Source: Octopus vulgaris
Taxonomy: Eukaryota
Direction of reading: 5' to 3'
DNA length: 64,000 bases
NCBI GenBank assembly: GCA_951406725.2
Contig: OX597823.1
Span: forward strand, 33,170,001-33,234,000
A program made the translations under genes and the position numbers. Every line of letters starts with the position of its first letter. Within the stretch, counting starts at the first letter, position 1. The notes below the pieces were generated by a model that was not told where the DNA came from, made no database searches, and was given only the letters and a program-made list of their open reading frames with translations. Positions 12,211-22,900 of this stretch are shown here, in pieces.

Positions 12211-13784
12211 GATTCTTCTAAAAGAGGGAAAATAAAATAATCAATAAACAATGCTCTCACTGCAGTGGTGGAAGTTTGATTCTTCACATGAGAATATTTA
12301 CCATATTTAATAATAGTCGTTGTTTAACGTCCATTTTCCATGCTGGCATGGGTTGAGCGGTTTGACTGAGGTCTGGAAAGCCAGCGGTTGCACCAGGCTC
12401 CAATCTGATCTGTCAATGTTTCTACGGCTGGATGCCCTTCCTAATGCCAACCACTGAGAATGTAGTGGGTGCTTTCTATGTGCCAGTCAGGCGGGCCTGG
12501 CATCAATTACATTTCAATGGTGCTTTTATGTGCCACTGGCATGGAAGCCAGTCTGGGATACTGGAATCCAAGACATTGGCGAGAAGAGAAATGATCTGAG
12601 CAGAGTTTGCAACAGAGCTAACTCCACTGAAGAGACCCAAGGACTGGTGGTATTAAATTGGGCAACAAATCAAATCTACAATTAAAGAACAGAAACACTA
12701 TCCTTCTGATACGCTTTCTAATAATTATCATTAACCAAATTTTATTCCCAAGATTGTTATGGAAGACTTACACTGAAAAAGCCGTGCCGTCAGATCAAAC
12801 TAGAAACCACGTAGTTGAGAAACAAACATCTCAAATACACCGAGATACCTGTGCACGCCACCCACCACCACTTCACTACTTGCAAAGGCGAAACTAATGG
12901 TTGAGATGATGATGGAATCGGCACAATGTATATTACTGGTGTTGGGACAAGTTTGGACGACTGAGAAGTGAAGGCGTTTACGAGGGAGATTAGAACTACA
13001 CTTCAAAGCTACACGTGGAATATAGCTACCTCTAACAAAAATAATGTTTATAGCATATTTAACATAGGTGTAGGCATGGCTGTGTGGTAAGAAGCTTGCT
13101 GCCCAACCATGGTTCCGGGTTTAGTCCCACTGCGCAGCACCTTGAGCAAGTGTCACGAACCAACTAACACTTTTGCGAGAAGGGGTCTATATGCGACGTA
13201 TATATAGGCGAAAACGACGGATAGCCTATTTGAAAATAAACAGTAATTAAAATCTAGCACGAACCTCATTCACATATACGAGTCAACCTCTACGTGGTCA
13301 ATCTAGGAGTAGCAGCCAAATATCCCTCAAATAAAAACAAATCAAACATTATGCTTGAATAAATAATAGGGTGTCATTTATTCAAGCATTAGAACACTCG
13401 TGATGTGTTTGCTCGGTCAGGGCTGATATAAAACTATCACAGTAAGTATTATCTTAAAATTCATTCAATTCTGGATTATTAACAGAAAATCCAACCAGAT
13501 TGTGTATGTATATATTTTCGTATATGTCCGACGACAGCCCTGAATTAAAGCCAGTGCTTTTATGTGTGTGTGAAGATAAAATGCATGCATTATGGTGTTT
13601 CCCTTATCTGTATATATTGTGGTTGTTTCAACAACGACAGTAAATCGAAACAGTCTACAACAATGATAAATAACCTTCCTTGAGGAATCTCTAACGAATA
13701 AATACGACAGTCATCAATATAAAATCAACTGCAAAAAGTCAGTCAGTCTAATAAATTTACAAAAATACGAGAAGAAATACTTAC

Positions 13785-13860
13785 AATGTTGACAAAAGTT
13801 GAAGCAGAGCTCAAACACATAAGAAAACGCACGTGTGATCCAACGACGCCATAAATGATG
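13785..13860 (-). promoter_or_regulatory. HEATR1: Probable HEATR1 non-coding first exon / TSS region with extended E-box (CACACGTGCG) and ATGGCG motif
   Basis: Donor |GTAAGTAT at 13784; CACGTG at 13830-13835; CpG-containing unique sequence. The upstream boundary is not determinable. Confidence 0.6.
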
Positions 13861-15213
13861 CTAACTTTACACAACATTTTAGTATGAAATAACTTTGAGA
13901 GCTAAAATAACTTATTAACAGAATTTTTTTAAAATATCAATGTTAAAAAAATAGGCTATAAATTCTCTGTTTATGAAGACATTCTAAACTTGTTAATTAA
14001 ATATTTTAAATTGTATAATACGAAACTAATACATTTTAAACAACCTGTCAAAATGTCACTATCAACTTCAGACTTTGTGAATACATTCATTCAAGCACAA
14101 TTTTAATAAAAAATCCATATTAAACTGTCAATATATCCTCACTGACATAAAACGCTGCGAATGCGTAAATATATAAATATATAATTCTCAGTAAGTGGCA
14201 TTGCTGTAGAAAAGAGTCGCAAATACATTCGTACGCCAAAAACTGAATCCCCCCCCCCCTGGATTTGTATGTTTTAAGCACTGCAAATAATCTGTAAAAA
14301 AAAAGTTATTTGATGCCCACCCCCTCAATTTCCTTAATATACCGCACTTTGAAGTTTCAATATGTTTTTTTATTTATTTATGTTACGCAAGAACATTTCA
14401 AAAGAAAGTCAAAACTGAAAAATTACAGAAAAGAGGGGTACACTCTTTCTCTGAAAAAGTAAAATTTTCAGATTTGTAATCTACAATGCTTAAAACATAC
14501 ACCAAAACAGGTCCGAAGAAATTACTATATTTGGCACACTAGATAATTCCCGACTCTATTCTGTATTCTATACGGATACCAGTAACTTGTTGAAAACACT
14601 TTCCGCCCAACAGCAGTTATAATTAAGTTGGAGATTTTGAGAAATTCTCATGAGGTGGAGTCATTGAATTGATATTTCCCAACTTCCCAGGAGATCATTA
14701 ACTCTGCTGGGACCTTATATTTTTCCACCAATTCTTTCATTATATATAACAAGCCCTGGACTTCTCCTCCTCATCATCATTTAACGCCAATTTTCCATAC
14801 TGGCATGGTTTGAACTGTTTGGGTCTGATGGGTCCCAGTGTCTGTTTTGGCATGGTTTCTACAGCTGGATGCCCTTCCTCACATCAACCACTTCGCAGTG
14901 TATACTAGAGGCTGTTTTCCTGGTACCACCACTGGTGAGGTTGCCATACAATTTGCAAGATTAAGACCCCTTTCATTTAATGGGGGGTACAGTGGAGAGG
15001 GAGGTGACTTTATTGTAAGTGATTAAAGTGTGAGAGAAGGGGCCAGAATAGGGCAGAACAAGTTTCTTGCCGTAGGGGAGCTACAGGACTACTCACATTT
15101 TAGAAGAGAGTGGGTAGGAGTAACCGGGATGAAGCTGGAAAGAAATAAAATAATGACGTGCCCGGACGGACTTCTGAAGTACAAGAGAGTGAACAGAAAT
15201 GATTGGTGACAGA

Positions 15214-15370
15214 CAGGATCGGACTGAGAATATAAGGGCCCTCGGGCATAACTGTTAACCAGGCCCCTTTAAATGTGTGTTATAGTACAGTTAACAGGTA
15301 GAGTGCGGGCTCCTCAGAGCTCCGGGACCTCAGGCAGTGTCCGATTGACCGACGGCTCAGTCCGCCCCTG
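15214..15370. mobile_element. hAT-like MITE
   Basis: TIRs CAGGATCGGACTGAG / CTCAGTCCGCCCCTG; imperfect 8-bp flanks GTGACAGA / GGAACAGA. Confidence 0.55.
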
Positions 15371-16010
15371 GGAACAGAACATTAAGGAGTGAGGATGGGT
15401 AGAGATGGAGAAGTTCAGAGATATTGTCTTCTGAACCACTGATTGAATTTATATTGCAGTCTTTTGAACAGAGAAGAATCATCGTTTAAGCTGAACAATA
15501 TGGTGTCGTTTCTTTCTCTATTATTTCTTTGCCTCCTTCAAAGGAGCAACAAACTAAACAACGTTTCCGTCTCTGTCTGCAACTCAACTTATTTGTTTTT
15601 TCTCTTCTCCGCATCTTTGTAATATCCCCCACCCCAACAGACATCAGACTACTCACAACATCTAGTTCTTACTCCCCATATCAGCTCTCTGGAATTTCTT
15701 TTTACTCATGCCTTTCCTGCAGATATTGACTTTCAAACCTTCAAGAGGAACCTTAATGGTATCAATCATCGGAAAAGTAAGACGAAAATGCTTACAGAAC
15801 TTATGGAAAACTTAAAGGAAATATGTACCGGTTTCGATACACACACAATCAAAGAGAGAGAGAAAGGGGATAGAGAGGGAGAGAGAAATATGGTTTAAGG
15901 TTGACACCACATGTGATTGTTAGAGTTCTCTCCCTTCGACTTACACCGGTAACGAACGTCAATATCAATTATTTCTCTCCGAATCGTTCCTTTATTTCAC
16001 ATTCACCGAA

Positions 16011-16070
16011 ATGGCAGGAATATATAACATTTCGAGGAATATTATTAAGGGTTTCTTACAAAGTGCAAAG
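16011..16070 (+). CDS. MRPS18B: MRPS18B exon 1 (mitochondrial presequence-like)
   Basis: gaaATGG; MAGIYNISRNIIKGFLQSAK (basic, no acidic residues); donor AAG|GTCAGT, phase 0. Confidence 0.78.
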
Positions 16071-19000
16071 GTCAGTGTTTACGATATAAATTTTTAAGCA
16101 TGTTTTATATTCCTTAATGCTTGTACACGCGTGACCCTGAAACAAGTTTGTTCTGACCCTGAAATATCGAGAACAGCTTTTTTTTTTTGGACTCATTGAA
16201 TCTTTCAGATAGATCGTAAATGTTAATTTGCCTTACGATATGTTGATAAACCTTGTGTTGTTACATTAAATGTGAACTTTGTGAGTTTGGTTAAGTTCAT
16301 AAGGCGTAGAAGGTTAAGGAATCTGTTCCTCAAGAAAAAAAAAAATGGCATAACTACAGATTTCAGCCCCACCGACTTTGGATGATCATAACTTTCAGAA
16401 AAATCGATATTTTTTAATGAAATTTTCTACGAATATGTGTTATATCATATAGATTTTTTTGGGGAAAGTATTTTAGGAGGGGTCAAGAATTTCAGAAAAT
16501 TCACCGGAGTCCAATTCGTCTTAACTTTCAAGAAAATGGATGTTTTTAAATGAAATTCTCTACAAATATACCTCGGACTATGTACATTCCGAGCTCTCTC
16601 TCTCATGCACATATTAAGAGACCGGCTCAAGCGCCAGAATCCACGACATACAAACTTATCCAAACTTAAGGAATGTTCTGTGAATTATTACTATTACACT
16701 CCACCATCTCACAGGGAAGGGGGAAAAAAAAAAGAGCAAAGAGTTGCGTAGTTGTTTCCTTAGGAAAATAACAAGTTGGTTAATTTCAGACTAACGGTTT
16801 GCCCGAACTGCTTTTTTCTCTTTTGTTAACATTTATCTTAACTGTGATTTACAGACGTTAAACTAAAAAATGCAAGTGTCCACACCCAAGGACATTACTG
16901 CAACATTATCGTAACACTTTTTTCTTAGCTCATACCAAGATCATTTGAATAATGTAGTCCTAGGTATACTTATATGACATCTAAAAAATAAATGGTAATG
17001 ACTGGAATGCCTTTGATCATAGGCTTACTAGATCAATGTTGATCAGAGACTAAACAATACAAAATGCCTTGTGAATGTGTAAAGATGTAGGCAGGAAGTT
17101 TTCTGTGTAGAATGACAGACTTAGTGCTTTAGGCTATCTTTGTGTTGCAAAATCAATTTCTACTGAGTTTGATTCCTCTTGAGAACTATGCTAGTATTAC
17201 CAGTAATACAGTGGATGTGAGAAAAAGTGCTGAATTACTAACCACATTATTTGCATTATTTACATTTGATGAATATTTGTCCTCATCTTGTTTGTTGTTA
17301 ACACAACATTTTGGCTGATATATCCTTCATCCTTCATCAGGTGTCTTGAAGAAATTTCGAACCTGGGTTCTCATTCCTCAGGTATTTTTCATTCTTAAGG
17401 TGGTTAAGAGTGCGGGCTGCTAACCCCAAAATTCCGAGTTCGATTCCAGGCAGTGACATGAATAATAATAATAGTAATAATAATAATAATAATAATAACA
17501 TAATAACAACATGGAAATATACCTTAGGAATGAGAACCCAGGTTCAAAATTTCCCCATGACACCTGATGAAGGCTGGAGGGTATATCAGCCGAAATGTTG
17601 TGTTAACAACAAACAAGATGAGGTCAAATATCCATCAAACGTAAATAATGTACATGATTCTGCATCTCATAAATATAGAACTGTATTACTAACCACATGG
17701 TTGCAAGTTCACATCTTCCCACATCCATTCAGTTGTAATTCTTAGCAAAAGGCATCTAACTTCAGCTGCTCAAATTTCTCTGACTAAACAAAGAATCAAG
17801 TGGTGAAAAATAAGCAAAGAAACCATTCCAGCCAGATAATCATGATAGAAGGGATGTAAAGCACTAAATAGAACTTTCTCAGCCATGGGACAATGATGGG
17901 TGGAGTAATAGCTTTGAATTTAAGAATGAGGCCAATAAATGTGGAGGTGGTCGGATCAGTTTATTTCATTGATCCTTTGTTTTATTGACTCCCAAAACAA
18001 TGAAATGTGAAGGTGTATACCTAGTGGCTAGGGTGTTGCACTCGTGATTACATGATCATGGGGTCAATTCTGTGGTTGAGCAGTGCATTGTGTGAAACAT
18101 TTCATCCCATACCATTCCAGTTCACTCAGCTGTCAATGTAAACCTTGTGATGGATTGGCGTCCTATTTAAGAGAAGTGTTGTGATCTTAGTCACTTGTGC
18201 CTCATGAAAACTGTGTAACTGGTCTTACAAGTCTGAGGATGAGAGACAGTAATGTCCACGGGATGAAATAAAAAAAACAAAAGGCAAAATCAACCTCAGC
18301 AGGATTTGGATTCAGAAAACAAAGAGCTGGAACAAATACCATAAAGCATTGCGTTAGGAAGGGCATCCAGCTGTAGAAACTCTGCCGGATCAGATTGGAG
18401 GCTAGTGCAGCCTTCTGGCTCACCAGTCCTCAGTCAAACCGTCCAACCCATGCCAGCATGGAAAGCGGATGTTGCACGATGATGATGATAATGATGATGA
18501 TGTTCTAACAATTGTGCCAGCTGACCACCTTGGCAATAGATGTAATAATACCTATGAGAGTTACTGATTTCTGTACTGATTTGTTTTCTTCTTCTTTCAG
18601 ATATGTCCTAGCAGTCAGAGGTTTGTGACAAGTTGCTGTCAATTACACCAGAAAGAGACAACTTCAGCTAAATCATATCCAAATAAAATAATCAGAGCTT
18701 CTCCAGAAACCAGTAAACGTTACTTAGAGAGCGATGGTAAATTTTTCATTCCATTGTTCTATTGTTCTACATTTTTGTATTCTTTTCTGTGTTTCAGCTT
18801 TGAGGCTGTGGCCATGCTGGGGCACTGCCATATAAACTTTTTTTTTAATTTTGTATTTGCAACTTCCTGAAGTGCAGTCCTTCACTCTGTGTAGTGTGGT
18901 TCTTCACTCAGAGAAGTAGTGTCTTTCACTCTATGTTAAGTCATCTTCATTGTGTCAATGTCTACTTTTCCATGGTTGCTGGATGCTTTTTCTGTTGCCA

Positions 19001-19951
19001 TCCTTCATCTACTTCCACATAAGATAATATTTCTGCCTAGCTGGACATATTTTTCATGGAAGATTGGAGACGAAGGACATCACTCATATGATGGTGATAC
19101 TCATTCGCAACAATCTTCCACTTTCTCATCAAAGGTTTCATTAAGAACACCGCTAAATCCCAGCCCATTTGAAGGATCCTTGAGCTTTTGTGTCTCTAGA
19201 TCCTGAAGTCACTAACTACTAGCTTACGTTGAGTTGTACATTCTTCACCTGGGAAACATTGAATTGATGAGCATATATCTGTTCCTATGTCTGGTGAGGA
19301 GGTTGTCAGTTTGGCTCCCCCACTCCTTCGCAGTTGATAAGTGATCAGATGGTTGGCAAGTTTTCTGAAGTTGGTGTTGCAGATCAGTAAGCCATGAGCA
19401 TCACAAAACTCTAGCAGCCTTGTCCCCACCTCATTTCTCGAGCCAAAGTCATAGCCTCCTTGCATACCCTGAAAACCTTCAGAGTGTTGCCCAACATGTC
19501 CATTGAAGTTCTCTGCTACAATGAGAATGTTGTCATCTTTCATTGTTGACGTAGTCCTCAGAAGGGATTCATAAAAATAGTCCTGAGTATCAGTGAGTCT
19601 GGTGTGCAGAGATAACTGGCACAGTTACATCAATTAAGGCTATTCTTAGCTTAATAATCCTATCACATACCCTGACTACTTCAATCACCTTCTCCACCCA
19701 TTTCTCTACTAGTAGAAAACCCATGCCACCCAGGCTGTCATTGTTGCCTAACAAGAAAAATTTGTATCTACGTCTTTTGCCTGTAAGCAGCCTAGCTAAG
19801 GCTCCCCTCCATTGTATCTTTTGGACACATCATACATCTTCATATCTCTGGTCTGGCATCTCAACTATCTTTCCAGATCTACCTTTCATTGAGCCAACAT
19901 TGTGGCAGCTCTAAGAAGAAGGTTGGGGGGATGTTTTCAGCTTCTGAAAAG

Positions 19952-19993
<42 letters not shown>

Positions 19994-22900
19994 AGGGAGT
20001 ACTATGCAATATATATATATATATCCACACACAGAGCATGTATCTTCATTCACGTTACATGACCAAAATTTAACTAAGTTATCTCCCCTGCTCTCCGTCT
20101 TTCATGTCACATTTTCACATGCATTATATTTTGTAATATATTGTACCTCATCTTGATGGTTCATAGCTAAATAATTCCTCCCCAGAGTTTGATGCTATTC
20201 TGTATTCGTTGCCCATGTTTCACTACTATATTTTCACTACAATAAACCATCAGACTTCTTACACACACTACTTATAGTCCTCTTCGTTCACTGTCTCTGT
20301 AGCTTTCATATATTTTTGCACATCTTACACATACATGTAATCTTCTGCATTCACTGCTCTTGTTTTACTGCTATATACTACAAGTTCCTATGATTAGTAA
20401 CTTTGATCATATTCTTTTGTAGCCTACAAAGAAACATATGGTGACAAGCTAGTGTGGGAGTTGTACAGAAGAAATTTCAAGGGACAGTACCCTCCACCAA
20501 CCAGAAAAAAGTGCATTGTAAATATCTTTTTTTAACAGTTATAAAGAATGTGACAGAAAAATCTCCCATATTTTACCAGGCCATTGGTTTGGTGTTAGTG
20601 AAGTTAGGCAGGTGCTAATGGTGTTTTTATGTATGAGGGTGAGTCACAAAGTAATGCCATTTTGTTTAGGAGAGGAATAATTACCAACACAGGAACATGT
20701 AACAGCCTGCTCGTGAAATTAACGTGTAAGTGGCTGAGCACTCCACAGACACGTGTACCCTTAATGTAGTTCTCAGGGATATTCAGCGTGACACAGAGAG
20801 TGACAAGGCCGGCCCTTTGAAATACAGGTACAACAGAAACAGGAAGTAAGAGTGATAGAAAGTTGTGGTGAAAGAGTACAGCAGGGATCACCACCATCCC
20901 CTGCCGGAGCCTCGTGGAGCTTTAGGTGTCTTCGCTCAATAAACACTCACAATGCCCGGTCTGGGAATCGAAACCAAGATCCTACGACCGCGAGTCCGCT
21001 GCCCTAACCACTGGGCTATTGCGCCTCCTATTCAAGTACACTGCCTTTGTTTCAATTGATTTTGAAAATGATGCAGAAAATATAAAAATAACTTTCTCAT
21101 TATTAAGTTAGCATTTGGTATATATAATGAGAAGTTTTGATGGCAAGTTTTAATTTAGATCACTTCAAACCAGGGAATTTGTATCACTAAACTATAGTGA
21201 TTTCTGGTGGTTGGTATCAAAAGGGTTCAATTAAATCATAAATACCTTAATTGATATGAAAATTAGATTTCTTAAACTCTAAAAGTATATAAATCTATCT
21301 ACTGAAATCTAGACATCTGTTGTAATTTATAGTTATACCTTATTTCTAGATATTTATGCTATAATAAAGAAAGCTGCTTATTAATTAGTTTGGAGTATGT
21401 TAACTTTTACTAAGAAAAAGTAATTTCCAAAATGTAGACTGTCTAGAAAATTCTTATAAATTCCAATTTTAATATTTTTTTTTTTTATCAAAATGTGGTT
21501 CACAAGATTTTTATTATTGAAGATTTCAACTTTGCAATTCAATCCTAGAGCTAATTTTTATTCACTGTAACATTGCCATCTTAGATTTTCTTTTTAATGT
21601 TTCTGTTTATACTTCAGGAAATATAAAGGTTGCTCAAATATTTGCAACACTGCTTTCTACAGACATCTTAGTGAAAACATTTCTCCAGATTATAAGTTTA
21701 ATCCAGTTTCAGTTAAACTATTTTGATTTCACTAAACTTTCATATTTGTTGGGTTTTGTTGCAAAAATAGAAAAGCCGAGTATGAAAACTGGTTTCCATT
21801 TGCTTGGGTCAGTTGTACCAAATATAAACTTGTCCACAATGACTTATATCTAGATATGCTGTTATACTTTATGGTGTCATTTAGTTTATTTGTAAGGTGG
21901 TGAGCCAGCAGAATCATTGGCATGCTGGACAATATAGTGGCATTTTGTCTGTGGTTACATTCTGAGTTCAAATTCCACCAAGGTCGACTTTGCTTTTCAT
22001 CCTCTCAGAGCTGATGAGATAAGTACCAGCTATGTGCTGGGGTCAATGTAATCGACCAACCCCTCCCTGAATTTGCTGGCCTTGTGCCAAAATTTAAAAT
22101 CATTTTATGAGTTACAGTTTATCTTTTACTTATTTCAGTCATTGGACTGTGGCCATTCTGGGGCATCACTTTGAAGGGTTTTTAGTTGAACAAATTGACC
22201 CCAGGACTTTTTTTTAAAGCCTGGTACTTATGCTATCAGTCTCTTTTGCCAAATTGCTAAGTAATGAGGACAGACAGACACAGACATAAACACACATACA
22301 TATATATATACACACGCACACACGACGGGCTTTCAGTTTCTGTCTATCAAATTAATTCACAAGGCTTTGGTCATCCCCAAGGCTACAAATACTTGCTCAA
22401 GCTGCCACACAGTGGGACTGAACACAGAACCATATGGATGGGCAGCAAGCTTCTTACCACACAGCCACACATATGCCTATAATAATTTTCTTTTGATATT
22501 GTTTATTACTAATTACTGGTTTATTTAAGTTGTCTTATTATGAAATCAACTGAATCCAGATTCGTTTTATTTTTCCAGAGAGCTGAATACATAGCCACAG
22601 GTAATCCCTGTCCAATATGTCGAGATGAATTCCTTGTTTTACACCACACGGTAATTACTTATTGTTTTCAGCATTGATGATGTGTATGTGTGTATCCTTG
22701 TCTTGACATCATGTGATGATTGTAAAAAAGTGGTGATCTTTCTAGTCTTCCATGGCGAAATATTGCCTCACTTGAAAATAAGTGAGTGTTCGTGACAGGA
22801 AGAGCATCCAGGCATAAAAACTTTGCTTCAACAAATTCTGTCTGATTCATGGAAAAGCTAAAATGATGATAGGTGTATATGTATATATCATAATTTTTAA

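Noticed and set aside
20950-21029. tRNA gene
   Set aside because: A/B boxes are present but the acceptor stem is absent, and it continues into a multicopy SINE body.
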